Shown here piece after piece: positions 1 to 7,288 of a stretch of 35,924 nt of DNA. The DNA comes from a virus. Numbering within the stretch: position 1 is the stretch's first letter; each line of letters opens with the position of its first letter. A program made the position numbers and the translations under genes. The stretch lies in the IMG/VR virus record IMGVR_UViG_3300045988_097468. One strand, written 5' to 3'. Below the pieces are notes generated by a model that did no database searches, was not told the DNA's origin, and worked only from the letters and a program-made list of their open reading frames with translations.

Positions 1-119
1 ATTGGCATACACATCACCCTTGATGGGCTGGTCTCTCTGCTTTGTGTATCCATCCGCACAATACAGAGCACCTGCAGCATCTACCACAAGAGCCTCGCCC
101 TTCCGGACCATGTTATTGA
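1..119. repeat. 119-bp terminal direct repeat, copy 1 (identical to 35806..35924)
   Basis: Base-by-base comparison of the first and last 119 nt shows no mismatch. The repeat lies inside the portal gene. Confidence 0.95.
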
Positions 120-384
120 TGACCTTGTGCCAAAATATTGAACTGTTTTCATTTGCGTTCGGAGATATATTCAGCAGATAGTAATCACGATTCTTCACCG
201 GCTTGCCATTTTCATAGCAACGGATCTCCGATCGGGATATAGCATTGCTTATGAGTGATGTCGCTGTGTATATGGCTAGTTCCTTGTAATACAGTGATGC
301 CGGTATATCTATGATTATTGTTCCGTCTGCTGCCCTCTTGGTCAGCGGGATTATCCTCTCAATAAAATTCCGGAATACTCCCAT
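1..384 (-). CDS. Portal protein, N-terminal 128 codons; the gene crosses the window junction and continues at 35805..35029
   Basis: ATG at 384..382 is preceded by AGGAGG with a 6-nt spacer. The frame is open to nt 1 and in phase with ORF 35029..35916 through the 119-bp overlap. It lies immediately downstream of TerL. Confidence 0.85.
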   Translation of the reverse strand, partial: MGVFRNFIERIIPLTKRAADGTIIIDIPASLYYKELAIYTATSLISNAISRSEIRCYENGKPVKNRDYYLLNISPNANENSSIFWHKVINNMVRKGEALVVDAAGALYCADGYTKQRDQPIKGDVYAN

Positions 385-394
385 GTCCTACCTC

Positions 395-1900
395 CTATAT
401 CTTGATGACTCCCAGCCTTATATACTGAGGTCTTTCCTTGATCTCTGCCTCCGGTATCATAGACGCCACAAGCGCCATGAACGGATCGGTCTTTCTTGAC
501 CTGGCTTCGATCTTGGCATAAACAAAGGAGCCCTTGTCGGCTCCCTGGTCTCTTCCATATCTGATTACTTTAGTATTGTTAGTCGCCCACCGGAGGACAA
601 CATCATCGCCCCAATGAAAATAATGATTTATAAAGCAGTGATCTATCACTGGAACTATCTTCATGATGTCTATCTGCTTGATCAAAATGAGGTTGCCTCT
701 CTCTTTTGAGAAGCCTATCTTGTCAAGCGCATCAGACATCAGTGCATATCTGTAGTTATCTATTGCCACCTTAGTGATGTTGTAAAGTCTTCCCATCTCC
801 TGTATGTAGCTTGTTATGACGGTTGGATGTATCTCCACATCATCCACATACCCCAGTTTCCCAGACTTGACCCATTCTTTCCACGGTGCCTTTATTCTCG
901 GTATATCCTTTGATGCTGAACATAACCAGGCATGATTGATATCATAGCGCTGGTCTCCCTGCTTGAAATGAAAATTCACGGCCGCAAAGTCTGATGTCTT
1001 CATGTAGTCTATTCCAACTGTACAGTTCCAGCCCTTGAGATCCGGGATTTCCTGGTTGGTGGCCTTGATATTCTTCCAGTCTGTAACGCCGCATTCCTTG
1101 TGTCCACTTGGGCGGTTCATTCGCTTTGCCATAAATGCCGGAAGCCTGTCCGGGTTCTTCTTCCATTCCCTGTACTCTTTTCTGATCTCAGCTAGAAGGT
1201 TTGGCAAATACGGAAGTGATGGGTTTGCCTTTGTCCAGTTGTCTTCGTTGTCAACCTCTTTCACGTCATCCAGACGGTTGATAAACGGCAATAGTCCATT
1301 GTCACTGTTTCCGCTGTTCAGGATTCCCTCAGAATCTGCTAACAGGTCATCAAGTGGGCCTTCTCTGACATCTCCATCTGTTGTGTAATATGACCGGCGG
1401 GGGTGTTCTTTCTTACCGAGACCTGTTGTAAATACATCTATGTTTGCATAGTTCTCATACTGGTGGATCTCGTTGAATATTACTATTCCTGATCGGAGAC
1501 CATCCTTGCCCTTTGGGCTGTTGGTTCTGCCTATGATAGTGCTTTTGGTTTTTGTAGACACTATCTTCTCTTTTGTCCAATGATAAAACCGCCGCATCTT
1601 CTTGATGTTCTCCGGCATCTCGAAAAATCCTGTCAGATCCTTAACCGGGCGTGTTGCCTGGTCCTCATTGTTGGCGCATATATCCACATCATATTCACGG
1701 ATGCCGTTATATGGAGACGAGAGCAGGAAGCTCTCAATTGCTATCATTCCATCTTTTCCGGCGCCTCTTCCGATCATGGTAAAGAGATCCGGCCATCTTG
1801 GCATTCCAGTGTCATCCCAGTATGTGCAATCGTGTAATGCTATTACAAAACGCTGCCACGGGAACAGTTCAAATGGCACATACTGCTCGCACAAGTGCAT
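395..1900 (-). CDS. terL: Terminase large subunit (coordinates from the first ATG; the true N-terminus probably lies upstream near 2062)
   Basis: 501-aa ORF with a Walker-A-like GRGAGKDG and the LFPWQRF motif typical of Terminase_1-type TerL. It sits between TerS and portal. The frame stays open for 59 further codons upstream with no ATG/GTG/TTG. Confidence 0.9.
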   Translation of the reverse strand: MHLCEQYVPFELFPWQRFVIALHDCTYWDDTGMPRWPDLFTMIGRGAGKDGMIAIESFLLSSPYNGIREYDVDICANNEDQATRPVKDLTGFFEMPENIKKMRRFYHWTKEKIVSTKTKSTIIGRTNSPKGKDGLRSGIVIFNEIHQYENYANIDVFTTGLGKKEHPRRSYYTTDGDVREGPLDDLLADSEGILNSGNSDNGLLPFINRLDDVKEVDNEDNWTKANPSLPYLPNLLAEIRKEYREWKKNPDRLPAFMAKRMNRPSGHKECGVTDWKNIKATNQEIPDLKGWNCTVGIDYMKTSDFAAVNFHFKQGDQRYDINHAWLCSASKDIPRIKAPWKEWVKSGKLGYVDDVEIHPTVITSYIQEMGRLYNITKVAIDNYRYALMSDALDKIGFSKERGNLILIKQIDIMKIVPVIDHCFINHYFHWGDDVVLRWATNNTKVIRYGRDQGADKGSFVYAKIEARSRKTDPFMALVASMIPEAEIKERPQYIRLGVIKI

Positions 1901-2054
1901 ATACTTTTGTAACTGTTCCGTGTCAACGTGAATTGGCTCATTCTCAAAGCACCATTTAACGTGTGCGACTAGGTTTTCCTGGTCTTTGCAACATTTATAG
2001 GTGCCCTGTTCAACGATGTCTATCCATTCCTGAATCTCCGGTATGTTGTCAATT

Positions 2055-2366
2055 CTAAAGATCGCCGTCGTCCTCCGCTATCTTGTCTGTTGTGAGTCCG
2101 AGTTCTTTCAAAATGGCGAGCTGACTTCTCGTGTACTGCGGCAGGAGCTTGACGTTCGGGTTATCTTTCTCGTACTCCTTGCCTGCTGCCGATGTGGCAG
2201 TATATGTCATACCTCGTTTCTTGATATCAGCCTTCATCTTCTTGATCAGCTTGCAATATTCCATGTAATCATCAACCAGTGCCTCAAAATGTGATACATC
2301 TGCACCCTTGGCTCTGAGCTGTGCCATGAGCGACTCTCTGATTTTTGCCTGCGACTGCTGTGCCAT
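2055..2366 (-). CDS. terS: Terminase small subunit (P27-family-like)
   Basis: 103-aa protein directly upstream of TerL and downstream of HNH. Sequence style (…LVDDYMEYCKLIKKMKADIKKRG…NPNVKLL…) matches the P27 family. GAGGTGAG lies upstream of the ATG. Confidence 0.8.
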   Translation of the reverse strand: MAQQSQAKIRESLMAQLRAKGADVSHFEALVDDYMEYCKLIKKMKADIKKRGMTYTATSAAGKEYEKDNPNVKLLPQYTRSQLAILKELGLTTDKIAEDDGDL

Positions 2367-2482
2367 TTTTTGATCTCACCTCACTTTTTTTCTCGCGTGC
2401 GTGCGCGAGGATGTTTTGTCGTGTCCATTCCCCCGTTGCTTTCCCCTCTCCAAAATCAGGGTAATAGGGGGGTGGGGGTACT

Positions 2483-2881
2483 CTACCAGCGTTCTTCATT
2501 CACGAAATGTTCTTCATCGTTGTGTTTATATTCGTTCTTCTTCCACTTCTCAGGGTGGAGCTTATTATGGCACGCCTTGCATACCGGTATAAGGTTCTGA
2601 TATGTCTTGCCACCATATGTGTATGTCCTGCTGAGTGCCAGAGCTGGATGCTTGCGAACGAACTGTACATGGTGTACCGTGCTGAGAAGATGCTTGTTGC
2701 CTTCGTCATCCACATCGTATCTTGTGATGACTCCTCGCTTCTTACACTCGGCGCATTCGTAGTGATTCTCCTTTAGGATCTTATCCTTGAGTGTTCTCCA
2801 CTCCTTGGACTTGTAGAATCTCCACAACTCATCCTTGTCAATCAATTCCTCTATCCACTTCTTAAGTTCATCAGCTTTCAT
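2483..2881 (-). CDS. HNH endonuclease (packaging-associated)
   Basis: Contains CAECKKRG … HHVQF … CKACHNKLH (CxxC/HH/CxxCH, a beta-beta-alpha-metal finger). ATG at 2881 has GGAG 6 nt upstream; an alternative GTG lies at 2893. Its position next to TerS matches HK97-like cos phages. Confidence 0.85.
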   Translation of the reverse strand: MKADELKKWIEELIDKDELWRFYKSKEWRTLKDKILKENHYECAECKKRGVITRYDVDDEGNKHLLSTVHHVQFVRKHPALALSRTYTYGGKTYQNLIPVCKACHNKLHPEKWKKNEYKHNDEEHFVNEERW

Positions 2882-2891
2882 ACATTTCTCC

Positions 2892-2918
2892 ACAACAAAA
2901 GCTCCGGTCTCCCGGAGC
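2892..2918 (-). terminator. Rho-independent terminator-like hairpin between the late-regulator gene and HNH
   Basis: On the minus strand, GCTCCGG-GAGA-CCGGAGC (7-bp stem, 4-nt loop) is followed by TTTTGTTGT. Confidence 0.6.
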
Positions 2919-2998
2919 TCATATATATGTTTGAGGGCTTATCCTCATTTGGCGATGATATAACTATATCTGTTTTCTTGTCCTCTGAGTGCCGCACT

Positions 2999-3415
2999 TT
3001 ATATTTTTTTTGCCATCATGTAATAGAATTTGCGTCTGATCTCATAGAACAATGTTCTGCCACAAGGTACACCTTGCTGGTCTATCATGCGATATGTGCA
3101 GCCTTCTGTGGTAACATACCTGAGGAGATACGGATATATCTCATCATATCCGGAGACTGCTGCCCTGGCTGTATCCTCAACCAATGCCACCTTATCGATC
3201 AGTTCTGCCCTTCTCATTGCAGCATCTGCTGTCGCATCAGATCCACCACCTGACCCTGTCGGCATCCCTGTAACCTGTGGGCTTCTGTAGGTGTCTGTGT
3301 TATTTTCTATCTCTGCCTTCCATTCATTGTACTGTAAGCAGTATGAGTACGCCGTGGCAAAGGCATGCTTGGATATTCCATACTTCTTATAGTTGATTGG
3401 CCTTACGTTTGGCAT
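2999..3415 (-). CDS. Putative late-gene transcriptional regulator (RinA/ArpU-like)
   Basis: 138 aa, positioned just upstream of the packaging genes. The N-terminal …YCLQYNEWK… and central GMPTGSGGGSDATADAA segment resemble RinA/ArpU-type activators. GGGAGGAG RBS. Confidence 0.45.
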   Translation of the reverse strand: MPNVRPINYKKYGISKHAFATAYSYCLQYNEWKAEIENNTDTYRSPQVTGMPTGSGGGSDATADAAMRRAELIDKVALVEDTARAAVSGYDEIYPYLLRYVTTEGCTYRMIDQQGVPCGRTLFYEIRRKFYYMMAKKI

Positions 3416-3437
3416 TGTCTATCTCCTCCCTTGCTAT

Positions 3438-3701
3438 CTATCCTCTTGATTTCCCAATCTCGCTGCAGATATCTACCGGTATTCCCATTGAACTAACAAC
3501 TTTATCATGCAGCTGATCCATTGTGCGTTCCACATCGAGATTCTCCTGTCCACGACATATACACTCTGTAACATACTGCTCAGCCTCTCTGTAACTGACG
3601 GGTTCAGCAAAAGTAATATATACTGCTATCTTATGTGTACTCATACAGTCCTCGCACTCCACGGCCAAGCTATTCATTTCAATGTCTTTTGTCTCTCTCA
3701 T
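3438..3701 (-). CDS. Hypothetical protein
   Basis: 87-aa ORF. Its ATG overlaps the upstream stop (ATGA), with GGGAGGA upstream. Confidence 0.6.
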   Translation of the reverse strand: MRETKDIEMNSLAVECEDCMSTHKIAVYITFAEPVSYREAEQYVTECICRGQENLDVERTMDQLHDKVVSSMGIPVDICSEIGKSRG

Positions 3702-4204
3702 TCGTTACATCCTCCCGTGAACAGTTCTTTGTACACATCTCGTTCTCCCTCACATCTGGCGAGCGATATCTCAAGACTGTGTATCTTGTCTCTAAGTTTC
3801 CATGACTCTGATGTGTCTATCTCTGCTAGCTCCGCAAGCACAATGCCCAGCGCATCTGCTATAGCTTGACGCACCGCATCATATTCAGCGTCTGTTATTG
3901 TCTTCTTATAGCCTACGCAGTTCTCGCTTCTGGTGTACTGTATCATTGCCGGTGATGCATACATCTTTCCCTGATATACGATCCTTACGTCTGTATCATC
4001 CATGCATCCCTCTCTCAGCTTGATGTATGTTGCTATCCTTCCATTGTCTGCAAGGATGAGCGCCGGGCTTTCTCCCTGTGTGCTCTGTACTATCCATATC
4101 TCTCCTGGTCTTGCTGTGTCCATTTTGTTCTCCTTCCTTGTCGCTCTTGATATCGCTATGCTCGCTGTTGGATCTGAATATCCTTCGCTATTCTTTCCGC
4201 TCAT
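3698..4204 (-). CDS. Hypothetical protein with a possible PemK/MazF-like N-terminal fold and a C-terminal coiled coil
   Basis: 168 aa with an AGGAGG RBS. The segment PGEIWIVQSTQGESPALILADNG… resembles the GDIW/RPAL strand pattern of PemK/MazF. This is a weak, by-eye match only. Confidence 0.55.
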   Translation of the reverse strand: MSGKNSEGYSDPTASIAISRATRKENKMDTARPGEIWIVQSTQGESPALILADNGRIATYIKLREGCMDDTDVRIVYQGKMYASPAMIQYTRSENCVGYKKTITDAEYDAVRQAIADALGIVLAELAEIDTSESWKLRDKIHSLEISLARCEGERDVYKELFTGGCNE

Positions 4205-4368
4205 TTATCCTCCTTGATAATCAGCATGTCCTTTGCCAGGGCATAACCTAGCTCTCTGTTGCTCCTGTCGACTGCTACCACAGGTGTACTATCTTCTTCA
4301 TTGCTCTCTTCTCCGAAATATGTTCGATATATGTTTGGGTCAGGCTCTGCGCCGTATATCTGCCTCAT
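4201..4368 (-). CDS. Small acidic hypothetical protein (55 aa, below the ORF-track cutoff)
   Basis: ATG at 4368 has GAGG upstream. Its stop overlaps the next start (ATGA at 4201..4204). It is open in the only frame that fills the 4205..4410 gap. Confidence 0.45.
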   Translation of the reverse strand: MRQIYGAEPDPNIYRTYFGEESNEEDSTPVVAVDRSNRELGYALAKDMLIIKEDK

Positions 4369-4410
4369 TCTCTCGCCTCATGGAGCTTTCTGTCTGATAT
4401 TGCCATGTGT

Positions 4411-4683
4411 CTACTCCTTTCTCGTGAACCTGTTCATCAAATGGTTGTCAGGATCCTTTTTTATCCTGAATCCTATCTGTTCTTTATCATCTATCACTCC
4501 CGGATCATTGAGCTCTGCCCCGTCAAGAAAGCTTCGGAGCTTCTTCATGCAGTCCGGGCATAAATCTCTTGATCCCGTCACATCTTCGAACATATCAAAC
4601 ATACTTGCCCTTATCGGGGCTCCGTGTTCAAACGACAGGTCGTAGAACGCGCCGCATCTATCGCATTTGCTTGCGTATGCCAT
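4411..4683 (-). CDS. Zinc-ribbon protein (CxxC … CxxC)
   Basis: Preferred start is MAYASKCDRCGAFY… (ATG 4683), with AAGGAGAG 8 nt upstream. A second Cys pair occurs in LCPDCMKK. Confidence 0.6.
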   Translation of the reverse strand: MAYASKCDRCGAFYDLSFEHGAPIRASMFDMFEDVTGSRDLCPDCMKKLRSFLDGAELNDPGVIDDKEQIGFRIKKDPDNHLMNRFTRKE

Positions 4684-4684
4684 T

Positions 4685-5041
4685 CTATACACTCTCCTTC
4701 CTTGATTCATAAGGTTTTGGCAGCTTTCTCCAGGCTACTACCTTATCTGTAATCTTTGAGTATTCGTAATTATCACAATAATCATGCACTTCATACCAGC
4801 CATTTGGAATCCACCAAGAAATACCATCTTCTGTATACTCCCACCCATCTAAGATATCATCATCCACGTTCCATTCTAAATCTTCCAACGAACAATTGTG
4901 ATGTGGGATATATACCGCCTTAACAACTCGACTGTATATTTCACCTGTTATTATTGAGGCTATTTCTATCGTTACAAGAACCTCATCTGAAGTAGTTCCC
5001 TTTTCACATTTGGGAACTGTGTCTATATTCCATTTTGCCAT
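4685..5041 (-). CDS. Hypothetical protein (Trp/Tyr-rich)
   Basis: 118-aa ORF with AAAGGAGAG upstream, tightly packed in the operon. Confidence 0.6.
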   Translation of the reverse strand: MAKWNIDTVPKCEKGTTSDEVLVTIEIASIITGEIYSRVVKAVYIPHHNCSLEDLEWNVDDDILDGWEYTEDGISWWIPNGWYEVHDYCDNYEYSKITDKVVAWRKLPKPYESRKESV

Positions 5042-5061
5042 TATGTATCACTCTCCTTTAT

Positions 5062-5337
5062 TCAAACATCAAACCTCATGTGTAGATATTTTCCTGTACA
5101 TGAGGTTTCCCAATAATAATCTCCCACATACCAATCTTCACCTATGCAAGTCTGATCACACCATTCCTTACACTCTTCTGCTCCCTGTTCGTCTCCTGTG
5201 TGATAATTAACAATATCAGCACCACCAACATCCATGCCGTCAAGATCAAGATGTTCCTTCATCCATTCTCTTATTTCTCCATTAAGTCTATTTCTAAGTT
5301 CAATCTTATCAACTATATCTTTAGGAATTTTATGCAT
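5062..5337 (-). CDS. Hypothetical protein
   Basis: 91-aa ORF with a GGAGGTGGAG RBS. It overlaps the upstream gene by 8 nt. Confidence 0.6.
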   Translation of the reverse strand: MHKIPKDIVDKIELRNRLNGEIREWMKEHLDLDGMDVGGADIVNYHTGDEQGAEECKEWCDQTCIGEDWYVGDYYWETSCTGKYLHMRFDV

Positions 5338-5650
5338 TCACTCCACCTCCGCCTATTTTACGTACGATCTCATATCCTTCATCCTCAATTCTCTTAACGG
5401 TTCTGTATTGCTTAATTGCTACCCATCTTTCTATGTCATCATTTGATATGTCATACATCTGTTTAAGTATCTCTATGCATATCAGCACATCTGCCAGCTC
5501 TTCTGTTAAATGCTGCTTATTTGGCTTACCTCTCATTTCTTTGCTTATCGCCTGAGCCAGCTCACAGCATTCTTCCATACACACCACTGACTGAATGTTT
5601 TTACCGTAGTGCTCTATAGTTACTTTGATAAGGTCCGTATCCATTCTCAT
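5330..5650 (-). CDS. MazG-like nucleoside triphosphate pyrophosphohydrolase
   Basis: 106 aa carrying EECCELAQAI … EELADVLICIEIL, the EExxE…ExxD helix pattern of all-alpha MazG proteins. Confidence 0.7.
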   Translation of the reverse strand: MRMDTDLIKVTIEHYGKNIQSVVCMEECCELAQAISKEMRGKPNKQHLTEELADVLICIEILKQMYDISNDDIERWVAIKQYRTVKRIEDEGYEIVRKIGGGGVNA

Positions 5651-6000
5651 TCTTCTTCCTCCAGATAGTTCTTCCTGAATATATTCATAAATTCTACCCT
5701 TGTGTGCTCTCTCTCAAATGCACGCTGACCGTCTCTCTGAAGTTTCCGCATATTGTCTGCGTTGTTGTGGACTGCTGCCGGTCCAGCAGTATGATGTTCT
5801 ATGCACAGATACACCTTGAGGCCGTATGCCTCAGAGTGTATTCTGTTTGGCCCTCCGAATATGTGATGCTCCTGCAGAGGCTTTCTTCCGTAGTCTCCGT
5901 TAAGTCTTGTGCACAGATAGCAGGTGCCGTCTTTAAACTGCAGGATTGACGGCTTATGCTGTTTTCTTTTTTTCTTGTATACCGGCTTAGGGTACATCAT
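5647..6000 (-). CDS. HNH-like zinc-finger protein (putative nuclease)
   Basis: Contains CYLC … EHHIFGGPNR … LCIEHH … VHNN, an HNH-style arrangement. Start overlaps the upstream stop (ATGA). Confidence 0.45.
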   Translation of the reverse strand: MMYPKPVYKKKRKQHKPSILQFKDGTCYLCTRLNGDYGRKPLQEHHIFGGPNRIHSEAYGLKVYLCIEHHTAGPAAVHNNADNMRKLQRDGQRAFEREHTRVEFMNIFRKNYLEEEE

Positions 6001-6587
6001 TCCATATCCTCCGGTGTCGAAGGTGTAAGGTCTACACCTTTCAGGGCTTCTAGTGTCTTCTCGTTCTGCTTATCACGACGGAATGCCGCATGACAGCGAC
6101 ATATGTTATTCTGCCAGAGCACACCTACCTTGCTGTAGAACGGATCAGATGGTGCATATTCTCCATGTTTCTCGTCAATGCTGCCTTCTCTCAGGTTGAT
6201 AAATGCCTCGTTGAGCAAGTAGAGCATTCCAGTGTCTGTGTCTTGAAGGTATCTCTGCACTGTACCGGCTGTGCCTATCTGGAGCGTATTTGTGATGGTG
6301 AGCGGTCCCATTGTGTAAGGTTTAACATCTATGCTCATAGGCATTTCCATTTCATACTGATTGCCCTGCTTGTCTGATCGGAATCTCTCTCCCGGCTCTG
6401 GGAGCTCACCGGCAAGTGCTATTATGTTCGCAAGCGTCTGCTTCGGGATATATTCTCTTTTGATCTCTGCCTCCCAGAATCTTCCTGCTATGTATACCCA
6501 GTTATCTTCATTCTGCGCTATAACCAGTCCGTCTGTCTTGTATGCCTGTTTCATTAAGTTGTTCAGTACTTTCTCATTCAAAAACAT
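5997..6587 (-). CDS. Hypothetical protein
   Basis: 196-aa ORF with a GGAGG RBS at 9-nt spacing. Confidence 0.65.
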   Translation of the reverse strand: MFLNEKVLNNLMKQAYKTDGLVIAQNEDNWVYIAGRFWEAEIKREYIPKQTLANIIALAGELPEPGERFRSDKQGNQYEMEMPMSIDVKPYTMGPLTITNTLQIGTAGTVQRYLQDTDTGMLYLLNEAFINLREGSIDEKHGEYAPSDPFYSKVGVLWQNNICRCHAAFRRDKQNEKTLEALKGVDLTPSTPEDME

Positions 6588-6768
6588 TGTCCTCTACCTC
6601 CTTCTCTTCATTTCCATTTATGCACGCTCTTAAATACTTGTGTGGCACATTTGCCTTGACGCCATTATATATGACCTCTGCCTTTGCCGTATATTTCATG
6701 AGGTTCATGAGCTCGTTTACCTTAAGCTCAACTCTTGCCTCCGCTGTGAAAGCGTCTACTATTCCCAT
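6574..6768 (-). CDS. Hypothetical protein (start refined to MGIVDAF…)
   Basis: GGAGG lies 8 nt upstream of ATG 6768. The longer track ORF (to 6843) overlaps the zinc-ribbon ORF. Confidence 0.5.
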   Translation of the reverse strand: MGIVDAFTAEARVELKVNELMNLMKYTAKAEVIYNGVKANVPHKYLRACINGNEEKEVEDNVFE

Positions 6769-6773
6769 GTTCT

Positions 6774-6950
6774 CTACCTCCATATCATTAGCTGTCCGCA
6801 CCAATGGCAGTGCGTGTGATTGTAACCTGTTCGTTTCCCGCACCGAGGACAGGCGAAATAGTTCTCACCCATCTTTACAGGCTGCTTACCAGTCTCATAG
6901 TCTGCAGTAAGTCTTCCCGAGAGTGCCGCTGCTTTGTCGTAATCGCTCAC
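6774..6950 (-). CDS. Small zinc-ribbon protein (58 aa, below the track cutoff)
   Basis: GTG at 6950 opens …FACPRCGKRTGYNHTHCHWCGQLMIWR, ending in a stop. It fills a gap that has no other minus-strand ORF. Confidence 0.4.
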   Translation of the reverse strand: MSDYDKAAALSGRLTADYETGKQPVKMGENYFACPRCGKRTGYNHTHCHWCGQLMIWR

Positions 6951-7042
6951 GATATCTATTGCTCCGGTGACTGCTGCCTTCTCTCAGGTTGATAAGCATC
7001 CATCTTTTATGTTCATAAGGTGCTTTATGATGTCTTCATTCC

Positions 7043-7276
7043 TCACTTAATTTCCCCCTTTCTAATCATCTGTTCTATGTCAAAGTGGCTAAAGCATTCA
7101 CGATAACCTTTCTCGCTCCTCATTAACACATAGTCCCTGTATGACTTCACTACAGTCCACCGCACCCACTTTGTATATGGGACATTGTTCTCTTTGCCGC
7201 CATATGATAATATCTTCACCCGCCTGCCAGGCTGGCAGATGATATTGTGTTTTGCTGTGATCTCGAATGCTGTCAT
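7043..7276 (-). CDS. Hypothetical protein
   Basis: 77-aa ORF with an AAAGGAGAG RBS. Confidence 0.6.
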   Translation of the reverse strand: MTAFEITAKHNIICQPGRRVKILSYGGKENNVPYTKWVRWTVVKSYRDYVLMRSEKGYRECFSHFDIEQMIRKGEIK

Positions 7277-7288
7277 GTGCTCTCCTTT

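Noticed and set aside
1-119. The terminal direct repeat as an LTR, IS end or biological terminal redundancy
   Set aside because: The repeat lies inside the portal coding sequence and joins it in frame. Closure of a circular or permuted assembly is the simpler explanation.
2284-2499. A 71-aa minus-strand ORF spanning the HNH-terS spacer (…RVPPPPYYPDFGEGK…)
   Set aside because: It is generated by the G/C tract of the candidate cos region and overlaps the terS start. It has no RBS.
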